64,000 nucleotides of DNA from Ranitomeya imitator (lineage: Eukaryota). Position numbers and translations under genes: made by a program. Of this stretch, positions 22,329 through 34,185 are shown in pieces. Location: NCBI RefSeq assembly GCF_032444005.1, contig NC_091286.1:235290001-235354000 (forward strand). The letters are read 5' to 3'. The notes under the pieces were generated by a model that worked only from the letters and a program-made list of their open reading frames with translations, was not told the DNA's origin and made no database searches. Position 1 is the first letter of the stretch, and every line of letters begins with the position of its first letter.

Positions 22329-25300
22329 TTACTCTAACCATCCATTGAATTTTTTTGGAAAATATGTAACATCCAAACAGATCATAGCTGATCTTGGGGT
22401 GCAGCTTGAAGAAGGACATCCTGTGATTACTTTTATGGTAGGAGACCCTTCCAAGAAAAGGGAAAAAAAAAAATTGTTCAAAGCAGACAACTTTTTTTAA
22501 AGCTCTGAATTAATTATATTTATTTGGTTTTCACATAGTATAACCTGGATACTATTTGACTTGCAAGCTTATATGCAAATAATACCTGTGCTTATGTCAT
22601 GGGCAAACACCTAAGCACTCACAAAACACTGATGAATCTCTTAGAAACTTCTGATTCTATTTTTTTTTTTTTTTAAGGGAACATAATTGACTCTCTTTGC
22701 ATGAAAATTAGGAACCATTGCTGAATTACTACTTATATAATTTGCATTAAATTGCCAAAAGGCAAAACAGTTACCCTGAGCTTAGCTAAAGTATTTATGA
22801 AGCCATAAATTAATTTCTTGCTTTTCTTCTACGTTTTATCTCTATCTAGCAATAGCTGTAGTAAACAATCATTTTGACAGGATTGTGGTTTTTTTCATGA
22901 AGCAAGCAGAAATATATTGTGAAAAAATAAGAATAATGTACTGGTTTTGTTAACCAACACCACTACTTGTTGTTGTAAAGGTGTTAAGCAATCCTCTCCA
23001 CAACCTATATTTCTTAAATGAGTTGCAACATAGCCGACAAGTGTATAGTGTATATATTTTTTTTCCAATAAGCAGCTACCTACTATTTATTCCTCTTTAC
23101 CAAAGCTTGTCACCGCATACAGGTTCATACTGTCTAAGGCTAAGTTCTCACAATGAGTATTTGGCGCATTTTTTATTTAGCAAATTCTCTGCAGCATTTC
23201 TGAACCAATAATCTCAATTAGACTACTTGTGTTTTTTTAGTATTTTTACATGCAGTTTTATCTCCTATTTTTCAGCTATGGTTTTTGCTTCTTTTTGATA
23301 TGTCATGTTTTAAATAAAACGGCTTAACTTTGCTTAACTTTGATAAAGTCATGTGCAGATTATATGCGTTTTCACCGGGAAATGCAATAATGAGGTGTTT
23401 GTTTTTTTTTTGCTGGAGATTTTCTCTTCTTATTCCAGTCTATGGGGAAAATATGCAAATAAAACACATTTACAGCAAGAAAAATAGCAGTGTTGCACAT
23501 TTCAAAATCACACTGTAAAAAAAAAAAAAGCACAATGAACATAAGTTAAATAAATCCCATATACTTTTTTAGAACTGTAATGCGTTGTTTTTTTTGCACA
23601 GAAAAATACTGCAGAAAAAAGCACCGAATACTCTTGGGCTTTTTTTTTAATTACGGTATATGGAGCCCTGTGTGATACTTTGGTTTTGAGCATCTCCCTA
23701 TAATAATATTTATAACACTTTAAGGGCTCACTCACACTTGCTATGCTATGGAACAGTGCTGACTAGCTTTTATTTTATGATGCCGAGTCGAGAAAATCGC
23801 TGCATGCTGCGATTGACAGCACATATCTGATGGTGCATACTCATATAAGTCTGAGTACGTGCAAAACATCAGACTGCACCCGGAAGCCATCAGAATCCAG
23901 TCCAATAAACGCTAACCTACAAATGGAGAAATTGTCCACTACTAGGACTACCCCTTCTCATACCCCACGCTTGGCCTCGATGAAATGTAAAATCTTATAC
24001 TTCCCTCTGGTTCCACCGTCATTCCTGGGACTCTCTTGCAGTTGTTTTGACATGTGAGCCTGGAGCCGCCATCGGACAAATCGAAAATCAAGAGGAAGCC
24101 GCTTCGGCTGCTCTCTCACTTCCTCTTGATGCTGATTTGTCCAAAGGTGGAGACAGTGACACCAGCGCTGATTGGACACTAGTCTTGATGAAGAGTATGC
24201 AGGAGTGAATGAATTTAGCTCTTTTTTTTTTTTTTTAGTTGCTGGGTGCAAGCGAAAGAAATGTAAAATAATATATATTTTTTTCTAGTTATGCTTGATC
24301 GGGACCTCCTTCATAAAAAAAAAACTGGCGGAACTAGCATAAAAATACCAAATATTGCCATATTTTTGCACAAAATATTGGAACGTTTCAAACAGTTTAT
24401 CTCCAGATTTCTGGTGCAAACTTTAAAAAAAATCAGCCCCTTTCTTCCTCTAGGATTTCCATCTAGAGAGGGCACAAATTACACCTGATAATAAAGTTTG
24501 GCTGCAAATGGTGGAGTCCTGTTACAGACAAAAAAAAATAGTAAGAGCACACCTACATTCACATTATTTAGAATACATCCTCTAATTTTTTATGAAATAA
24601 CTATTTACCCATGTTCCCATGCTGCTTGTACCAACAGTACCACCCAAGACTTAAATGATTTGTATTATTATTACAGAGGTTGTCTGGTCTTAGCCTACAA
24701 GTCTGCAGTCACTCTATGTGACTACAGATTTGTGACTCCTCACATCGCACTCACTTTGAGATTTCTCCAGTGCCACTGTTGGGGGCGTGACTGCAAGCAT
24801 GCAATGTACATACATTTAGTCATGTGCCGAATAGACGCCTCGCTTAATGAAAGTGCATTCGGAATGTGGCTAGATGTGTACAAATCGCATACTTTCTGTG
24901 ATATAACCGCCTGACACAATCGAAGCCTCACAGTGCGCGCTTTGAGAGGATTCACAGGTCTTTAGTCACTTATAGCCCAAGGTCAGAGAACCCCTTTAAT
25001 GAGTTATGAAAAAGAGATGCATAAAAGAAATTAGGACTAAAGTCCTCCAAACACATTAGACAAATTTTGTCCAAACCCTCTATATCAAAGGACTCCGCTG
25101 ACACTCCACTCTGTATGGGGGTGCCAGCCAACTGATTAAGGAAGATGACGATCAGGCTTGCCTCTCGCTATGCTCTGTGTTAAATGGAGGTTACAAACAA
25201 AGGATTTCTTTTTTTTCTGAAAGTTTGCAGACGTACAAGTGCTCCTCACTAAATTAGAATATCATCAAAAAGTTAATTTATTTGTTGTTCAATACAAAAA

Positions 25301-26564
25301 GTGATTCTTATATATTATATAGAGTAATTACAAACAGAGTGATCTATTTCAAGTGTTTATTTCTGTTAAAGTTGATGATTATGGCTTACAGACAATGAAA
25401 ACCCAAAGGTCATTATCTCAGCAAATTAGAATAATTAACAAAAAACACCTGCAAAGGCTTTCTAAGCATTTAAAAAGGTCCCTTAGTCTGTTTCAGTTGG
25501 CTCCGCAATCATGGGGAAGACTGCTGACTTGACAGATGTCCAGAAGGCAGTCATTGACACACTCCACAGGGGGGGTAAGCCACAAAAGGTCACTGCTAAA
25601 GAAGCTGGTTTATTAATGGAAAGTTGAGTGGAAAAAAAAAGGATGGCAGAAAAAGGTGCACAAGCATCCGGGATAACTGCAGCCTTGAAAGGATTGTTAA
25701 GAAAAGGCCATTAAAATTTTTTGGGGAGATTCACAAAGAGTAGACTGCTGCTGGAGTTATTGTTTCAAGAGCCACCACACACAGACGTATTAAGGACATA
25801 AGCTACAAGTGTCGCATTCTTTGTGTCAAGTCACTCATGACCAATAGACAACGCCAGAAGTGTCTTACCTGGGCCAAGGAGAAAAAGAACTGGTCTGTTG
25901 CTCAGTGGTCTGAGGTGGTGTTTTGAGATGAAAGTAAATTTTACATTTCATTTGGAAATCAAGGTTCCAGAGTCTGGAGGAAGAGTGGAGAGGCACACAA
26001 TCCAAGCAGCTTGAGTGCTACTGTGATGTTTCCACAATCAGTGATGGTTTGGGGAGCCATGTCATTGCTGGTTTTAGGTCCACTGTGTTTTATCAAGACC
26101 AAAGTCAGCGCAGCCGTCTACCGGGAAATTTTAGAGCACTTCATGCTTCCCTCTGATGACAAACTTTTTGGAGATAAAAATTTCATTCTCCAACAGGACT
26201 TGCCACCTGTCCATATTGCCAAAAATACCAATACCTGGTTTAACCCCTTCCCGACCCATGACGCCACGTAGGCGTCATGAAAGTCGGTGCCAATCCGACC
26301 CATGACGCCTATGTGGCGTCATGGAAAGATCGCGTCCCTGCAGATCCGGTGAAAGGGTTAACTCCCATTTCACCCGATCTGCAGGGACAGGGGGAGTGGT
26401 AGTTTAGCCCAGGGGGGGTGGCTTCACCCCCTCGTGGCTACGATCGCTCTGATTGGCTGTTGAAAGTGAAACTGCCAATCAGAGCGATTTGTAATATTTC
26501 ACCTATTATAACGGGTGAAATATTACAATCCAGCCATGGCCGATGCTGCAATATCATCGGCCAT

Positions 26565-27526
26565 AGAGAAACACATGGGCTACTTGCACAGTGAACAAGT
26601 CTGTAGGAACATGTTCACACACCACCAAGAAACCTGAAGACACAAAAGAGAATAGTAAAACCAAAAACACTCAGTTTGAAAAAAATTGCAGTAATCCGCA
26701 AGTGCTAGTAAAAGATGTAAAAAAACAGGGTATTTGGTTGATACGTTTTTTGCAAAAAATGTATACTAAGCTGCTCTACCAAACTTCACGGTATACCCAT
26801 ATCAGAGCAGTCCTAACTAATGTATGCAATCCCTATCTGATGTATTTAAAAACCTGATCATCTGTATATTACCTGTGTGAACAGGGTTCAGAGAGGAAAA
26901 ATTCATGTGTGTATACAGAGTAGAACAGCTTTTGTGCAGATAGCCCAAGAGGAGTGGTGGTGGATAACTCCCCAGTCTTGTAGACACAAGAGAACAATTA
27001 TGGAAAGAGAAACACATGGGCTACTTGCACAGTGAACAAGTCTGTAGGAACATGTTCACACACCACCAAGAAACCTGAAGACACAAAAGAGAATAGTAAA
27101 ACCAAAAACACTCAGTTTGAGTGTTTTTACTAGCACTTGCAGACTACTGCAATTTTTTTCAAACTGAGTGTTTTTGTCTACAAGACTGGGGAGTTATCCA
27201 CCACCACTCCTCTTGGGCTATCTGCACAAAAGCTGTTCTACTCTGTATGCACACATGAATTTTTCCTCTCTGAACCCTGTTCACACAGGTAATATACAGA
27301 TGATCAGGTTTTTAAATACATCAGATAGGGATTGCATACATTAGTTAGGACTGCTCTGATATGGGTATACCGTGAAGTTTGGTAAAGCAGCTTAGTATAC
27401 ATTTTTTGCAAAAAACGTATCAACCAAATACCCTGTTTTTTTACATCTTTTACTAGCACTTGCGGATTACTGCAATTTTTTTCAAACTGAGTGTTTTTGG
27501 TTTTACTATTCTCTTTTGTGTCTTCA
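26565..27526. mobile_element. 962-bp insertion with direct and inverted partial copies, Penelope-like architecture
   Basis: 15-bp TSD AATATCATCGGCCAT (26550-26564 / 27527-27541); unit 26565-26985, direct partial copy 27006-27120, inverted copy 27176-27526. Confidence 0.6.
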
Positions 27527-27639
27527 AATATCATCGGCCATGGCTGGAAATACTAATGTGCCCCCACCCCACCGATCGCCCCCCCCCAGCCCCCCGATCT
27601 GGCCGGTACACTGCTCCGGCTCCCCTCCATCCAGTGCTC

Positions 27640-28020
27640 CGCTCCCCCCCGTGCTCTTGTCCGCTCCCCCCATGCTCCAATCACCCCCCCGTGCTCCAAT
27701 CACCCCCCCTGCATTCCGATCCACCCCCCCGTGCTCCGTTCCAGCCCCCCGTGCTCCGTTCCAGCCCCCCGTGCTCCGTTCCAGCCCCCCCGTGCTCCAA
27801 TCACCCCCCCTGCATTCCGATCCACCCCCCCGTGCTCCGTTCCACCCCCCCGTGCTCCGTTCCACCCCCCCGTGCTCCGTTCCACCCCCCCGCGCTCCGT
27901 TCCAGCCCCCCCCGTGCTCCGTTCCACGCCCCCCGTGCTCCGTTCCACGCCTGCCGCGCTCCGATTCCCCCCCCCCCCGTGCTCCGATCCCCCCCCCCCC
28001 CCCGTGGTCCCCCCCCACCC
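27640..28020. repeat. C-rich ~19-20-bp minisatellite (G-rich on the minus strand)
   Basis: Repeated CCCCCCGTGCTCCGTTCCA(G/C). Confidence 0.9.
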
Positions 28021-28319
28021 CATCATACTTACCGATCCTTCCGGGGTCCCGTCCGTCTTCTCCCTGGGCGCCGCCATCTTCCAAAATGGCGGGCGCATGC
28101 GCAGTGCGCCCGCCGAATCTGCCGGCAGATTCGTTCCAAAGTGCATTTTGATCACTGAGATAGATTATATCTCAGTGATCAAAATAAAAAAAATAATAAA
28201 TGACCCCCCCCCCTTTGTCACCCCCATAGGTAGGGACAATAAAAAAATAAAGAAATTTTTTTTTTCCACTAATGTTAGAATAGGGTTAGGGGTAGGGTTA
28301 GGGGTAGGGTTAGGGTTTC

Positions 28320-29013
28320 GGTATGTGCACACGTATTCTGGTCCTCTGCGGATTTGATAAATCCGCAGTGCTAAACCGCTGCGGATTTATGGCGGATTTA
28401 CCGCGTTTTTTTCTGCGCATTTCACTGCGGTTTTACAATTGCGATTTTCTATTTGAGCAGTTGTAAAACCGCTGCGGAATCCGCACAAAGAAGTGACATG
28501 CTGCGGAATGTAAACCGCTGCGTTTCCGTGCAGTTTTTCCGCAGCATGTGTACAGCGATTTTTGTTTCCCATAGGTCTACATTGAACTGTAAACTCATGG
28601 GAAACTGCTGCGGATCTGCAGCGTTTTCCGCAGTGTGCACATACCTTTAGAATTAGGCTATGTGCACACGGTGCGGATTTGGCTGCGGATTGGCCGCTGC
28701 GGATTCGCAGCAGTATTCCATCAGGTTTACAGTACCATGTAAACATATGAAAAACCAAATCCGATGTGCCCATGGTGCAGAAAATACCGCGCGGAAACGC
28801 TGCATTCTATTTTCCGCAGCATGTCAATTCTTTGTGCGGATTCCGCGGCGTTTTACACCTGTTCCTCAATAGGAATCCGCAGGTGAAATCCGCACAAAAA
28901 ACACTGGAAATCTGCGGAAAATCCGCAGGTAAAACGCAGTGCCTTTTACCCGCGGATTTTTCAATAATGGTGCAGAAATATCTCACACGAATCCGCAACG
29001 TGGGCACATAGCC
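28320..29013. mobile_element. Two adjacent Harbinger-type MITEs (~28320-28645 and 28656-29013)
   Basis: GGTATGTGCACAC..GTGTGCACATACC and TTA|GGCTATGTGCACACG..CGTGGGCACATAGCC|TTA. Confidence 0.75.
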
Positions 29014-29105
29014 TTAGGGTTAGGGTTGGAATTAGGGTTGTGGTTAGGGTTGTGATTAGGGTTATGGCTACAGTTGGGATTAGGGTTAGGGGTGTGTTTG
29101 GGTTA
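29014..29105 (+). repeat. Degenerate telomere-like (TTAGGG)n tract; further tracts at 28281-28316 and, inverted, 58251-58305
   Basis: TTAGGGTTAGGGTTGGAATTAGGG..; TAGGGTTAGGGGTAGGGTTAGGGG; CCCTAACCCTAACCCTACCCCTAA. Confidence 0.8.
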
Positions 29106-29114
29106 GTGTTGGAG

Positions 29115-31080
29115 GTAGAATTGAGGGGTTACCACTGTTTAGGCACATCAGGGGTCTCCAAACGCAACATGGCGCCACCATTGATTCCAGCCAATCTCGT
29201 ATTCAAAAAGTCAAATGGTGCTCCCTCACTTCCGAGCCCTGACGTGTGCCCAAACAGTGGTTTACCCCCACATATGGGGTATCAGTGTACTCAGGATAAA
29301 CTGCGCAACAATTACTGGGGTCCAATTTCTCCTGTTACCCTTGTGAATCTAAAAAAATGCTTGCTAAAACATCATTTTTGAGGAAAGAAAAATGATTTTT
29401 TATTTTCACGGCTCTGCGTTGTAAATGTCTGTGAAGCACTTGGGGGTTCAAAGTGCTCACCACATATCTAGATAAGTTCTTTGGGGGGTCTAGTTTCTAA
29501 AATGTGGTCACTTGTGGGGGGTTTCTACTGTTTAGGCACACCAGGGGCTCTGCAAACGCAATGTGACGCCCGCAGGCCATTCCATCAAAGTCTGCATTTC
29601 AAAAGTCACTACTTCCCTTCTGAGCCCCGACGTGTGCCCAAACAGTGGTTTACCCCCACACATGGGGTATCGGCATACTCAGGAGAAACTGGACAACAAC
29701 TATTGGGGTCCAATTTCTCCTGTTACCCTTGGGAAAATAAAAAATTCTGGGCTAAATAATTATTTTTGAGGAAAGAAAACGTATTTATTATTTTCACGGC
29801 TCTGCATTATAAACTTCTATGAAGCACTTGGGGGTTCAAAGTGCTCACCACACATCTAGATAAGTTCCTTTCGGGGTCTAGTTTCCAAAATGGGGTCACT
29901 TGTGGGGGGTTTCTACTGTTAAGCCACATCAGGGGCTCTGCAAACGCAACGTGACGCCCACAGAGCATTCCATCAAAGTCTGCATTTCAAAACGTCACTA
30001 CTTCACTTCCGAGCCCCGGCATGTGCCCAAACAGTGATTGACCCCCACATATGGGGTATCAGCGTACTCAGGAGAAACTGGACAACAACTTTTGGGGTCA
30101 AATTTCGCCTGTTACCCTTGGGAAAATAAAAAATTGCAGGCTAAAAGATCATTTTTGAGAAAATAATTTTTTTATTTTATTTTCATGGCTCTGCGTTATA
30201 AACTTCTGTGAAGCACCTGGGGGTTTAAAGTGCTCAATATGCATCTAGATAAGTTCCTTGGGGGGTCTAGTTTCCAAAATGGGGTCACTTGTGGGGGAGC
30301 TCCAATGTTTAGGCACACAGGGGCTCTCCAAACGCGACATGGTGTCCGCTAACAATTGGAGCTAATTTTCCATTCAAAAAGTCAAATGGCGCGCCTTCCC
30401 TTCCGAGCCCTGCCGAGTGCCCAAACAGTGGTTTACCCCCACATATGAGGTATCGGTGTACTCGGGAGAAATTGCCCAACAAATTTTATGATCCATTTTA
30501 TCCTACTGCCCATGTGAAAATGAAAAAATTGAGGCGAAAAGAATTTTTTTGTGAAAAAAAAGTACTTTTTCATTTTTACGGATCAATTTGTGAAGCACCT
30601 GAGGGTTTAAAGTGCTCACTATGCATCTAGATAAGTTCCTTGGGGCGTCTAGTTTCCAAAATGGGGTCACTTGTGGGGGAGCTCCAATTTTTAGGCACAC
30701 GGGTGCTCTCCAAACGTGACATGGTGTCCGCTAAAGAGTGGAGCCAATTTTTGATTCAAAAAGTCAAATGGCACTCCTTCCCTTCCAAGCCCTGCCGTGC
30801 GCCCAAACAGTGGTTTACCCCCACATATGAGGTATCAGCGTACTCAGGACAAATTGGACAACAACTTTCGTGGTTCAGTTTCTCCTTTTACCATTGGGAA
30901 AATAAAAAATTGTTGCTAAAAGATAATTTTTGTGACTAAAAAGTTAAATGTTCATTTTTTCCTTCCATGTTGCTTCTGCTGCTGTGAAGCACCTGAATGG
31001 TTAATAAACTTCTTGAATGTGGTTTTGAGTACCTTGAGGGGTGCAGTTTTTAGAATGGTGTCACTTTTGGGTATTTTCAG
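29115..31080. repeat. ~388-bp tandem repeat, about 5 diverged units, inside the piggyBac-like element
   Basis: CCCAAACAGTG anchor recurs at 29249, 29638, 30026, 30420 and 30802. Confidence 0.9.
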
Positions 31081-32945
31081 CCATATAGACCCCTCAAACT
31101 GACTTCAAATGTGAGGTGGTCCCTAAAAAAAATGGTTTTGTAAATTTCGTTGTAAAAATGACAAATCGCTGGTCAAATTTTAACCCTTATAACTTCCTAA
31201 CAAAAAAAAATTTGTTTCCAAAATTGTGCTGATGTAAAGTAAATATGTGGGAAATGTTATTTATTAACTATTTTGTGTCACATATCTCTCTGGTTTAACA
31301 GAATAAAAATTCTAAATATGAAAATTGCGAAATTTTCAAAATTTTCGCCAAATTTCCGTTTTTATCACAATAAACGCAGAATTTATTGACCTAAATTTAC
31401 CACTAACATGAAGCCCAATATGTCACGAAAAAACATTCTCAGAACCGCTAGGATCCGTTGAAGCGTTCCTGAGTTATTACCTCATAAAGGGACACTGGTC
31501 AGAATTGCAAAAAACTGCAAGGTCTTTAAGGTCAAAATAGGCTGGGTCATGAAGGGGTTAAAAATAACAGTATCGCTGTGCTTGGTTGGCCAGCAAACTC
31601 GCCTGACCATAACCCCATATAGAATCTACGGGGTATTGTCAAGAGAAAGATGAGAGACATCGGACCCAACAATGTAGACAAGCGGAAGGCTGCTATTAAA
31701 GCAACTTGGGATTCCTTAACACCTCGGCAGTGCCACAGGCTGATCGCCCTCATCCCACGCTGCATTGATACAGTAATCGATGCCAAAGGAGCCCCGACCA
31801 AGTATTGAGTGTATTTACTGAACATACATTTCAGTAGGCCAACATTTCGGATTTTAAAATCCTTTTTCAAGCTCGTGTTATAAAGTATTCTAATTTACTG
31901 AGATAATGACTTCTGGGTTTTCATTGGCTGTAAGCCAAAATCATGGACATTAACAGAAATAAACACTTGAAATAGATCACTCTGATTGTAATGACTCTAT
32001 ATAAAATGAGTTTCACTTTTTGTATTAAAGAACTGAAATTAACTATTTGATGATATTCTAATTTTGTGAGAAGCACTTGTATAATATAACAAACTCACCC
32101 TTTGAAGGGCAAGCGCTGCCTCACCATAGCTGCTTTGGTGTTTGTTGATCGTCTGCAGTGTTGACATCATGATTACTACCCACGTGAGCATTGTACTCAG
32201 TCACTAAGCTGAGCAAATTTGGGCTAACTATCTAAGCATTACCGCCCAGCTCTGTGATTGGCTGTAGTGGTCCATGAGCTGTAGCTGTGATATTGTAACT
32301 GCAGCCTGTTGGTAAAGAGCGGAACAGTAGTACAGAGGCAGTGCTGGACCTGCGGAAGAGCGAGGACAGCTGGAAAAAAAAATTATAAAATAGTTTTTGG
32401 GGGCTGTACATGCTGCAAAAACACATTGATTCACAAATATACTAACTAATAGACACCCCTTATAACATAGAAAAATTGATACACTAATACTGTTATATAA
32501 GGAAACAGACAGATTATATGGTGATTTATTCAGTAGTTACTGTATATCTGAGCTGGATGGCACCACTTAAGAGCTGCAGTTTGGCATCTGTGTAGACCAT
32601 GCTACTCGGTTACATATAGCCAGATTGATAACCTTTGTGACATGATTAGGATGCAGTGATGTACCTTTGGGTTATTACATCCGGGGGTCTACTTAAGACC
32701 ACTGTCACTATCATCTTGGTCCTCCTGTAAATCTTAGCCAAAGGCTAAGCTCCATAGAAGACCAATATTTTCAGTGTGTTCTGCAATACTGTGATATGGA
32801 AGTATATAGTATAAGAAATCAAATGATTGCAGGTTCAAGTCCCGAAGGGGACTAAATAATAATGTAAAAACTGTAGATTTTTTTATTTATTTTAAATAAT
32901 AAAAATTTAAATCATCACTCTTTTTCCCCTGGTAAAAATAAAGTA

Positions 32946-34185
32946 CCATATATACTCGAATATAAGCCGACCCCCCCCCCTAATTTTGCCACAAAAAACT
33001 GGGAAAACTTAATGACTCGAGTATAAGCCTAGGGTGGGAAATGCAACAGCTACCGGTAAATGTCAAAAGTAAAAATAGATACCAATAAAAGTAAAATTAA
33101 TTGAGACATCAGTAGGTTGTGTTTTTGAATATCCATATTGAATCAGGAGCCCCATATAATGCTCCATAAAGTTTGATGGCCCCATAAGATGCTCCATATT
33201 AAAATATGCCCCTTTTTATCCTGCGTAAAGGTTAATAATGGCCCCATAAGATGCTCCATAGACCCATTTGCCCAATATAATGCTGCACAAATGCTGATTA
33301 TGGCCCCATAAGATGCTCCATAAAGATATTTTCCCCATATAGTGCTGCACAAACCTTGATTATGGCCCCATAAGATGCTCCATACAGACACTTGCCCCAT
33401 ATAGTGCTGCACAAACGTTATGGCCCCATACAGACACTTGCCCCATATAGTGCTGCACAAATGTTAATTATGGCCCCATACAGACTCTTGCCCCATATAG
33501 TGCTGCACAAATGTTATGGCCCCATACAGACACTTGCCCCATATAGTGCTGCACAAACGTTATGGCTCCATAGATGCTCCATACAAACACATGCCCCATT
33601 TACTGTTGCTGTGATAAAAAAAAAAATCACATACTCACCTCTCCATCGCTCAGGCCCCTGGCACTTTAGTATTCACCTGCTCCTCGTTCCGGTGCTGCTC
33701 CATCTTCAGCGTCTTCTGCACTGACGTTCAGGCAGAGGGCGCGCACTAACCATGTCATCGCGTCCTGTGACCTGAGCGTCTCTGCTGAAGATGGAGCGGT
33801 GCCAGAATGGGGAGCAGGTGAATATCGCGCAGCACTCCCCCTCCCCGTTATACTCTCCTGGTGCTGTGCAGTCCCTGCTTCCCTGGTGCCGGCAGCTTCA
33901 TCCTGTACTGAGCGGTCACCGTTACCGCTCATTACAGTAATGAATATGCGGCTCCACCTCCCATAGAGGTGGAGCCGCATATTCATTACTGTAATGAGCG
34001 GTTCCATGTGACGGCTCAGTACAGGAAGAAGCTAGGGAGCCAGGGACCGCGCCAGGAGCAGGTGAGTATAATTAGACAGCCCCTGCTCCCCCTCCCCTGG
34101 GTATGACTAGAGTATAAGCCGAGAGGGGGACTTTCAGCCCCCAAAAATAGGCTGAAAATCTCGGCTTATACTCGAGTATATATGG
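32946..34185. mobile_element. Tc2/pogo-like MITE (second copy, opposite orientation, shorter degenerate repeat array)
   Basis: TA|CCATATATACTCGAATATAAGCC ... GGCTTATACTCGAGTATATATGG|TA; internal ~110-nt hairpin near 33905-34022. Confidence 0.8.

Larger units (their letters stand above)
26244..31557. mobile_element. Non-coding piggyBac-like element (5.3 kb)
   Basis: TTAA|CCCCTTCCCGACCCA ... TGGGTCATGAAGGGG|TTAA; TTAA TSD inside Tc1; no transposase ORF. Confidence 0.85.
25236..32079 (+). mobile_element. Tc1-like transposon with long (~200 bp) inverted repeats, degenerate, interrupted by a 5.3-kb insertion
   Basis: TA|CAAGTGCT..ATTAGAATATCATC and ATTCTAATTTTGTGAGAAGCACTTG|TA ends; transposase fragments FPQSVMVWGAM, ILEHFMLPS, QQDLPPVH; the sequence resumes exactly after 31561 and matches the copy at 53867. 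Confidence 0.9.

Noticed and set aside
26620-26660. CTGAAGA as a hammerhead core in the 26565 insert
   Set aside because: No paired stem II and no GAAA in either copy of the family
27460-28357. Proline-rich and glycine-rich ORFs of 150-230 aa
   Set aside because: Translations of the C-rich minisatellite, open on both strands because of base composition
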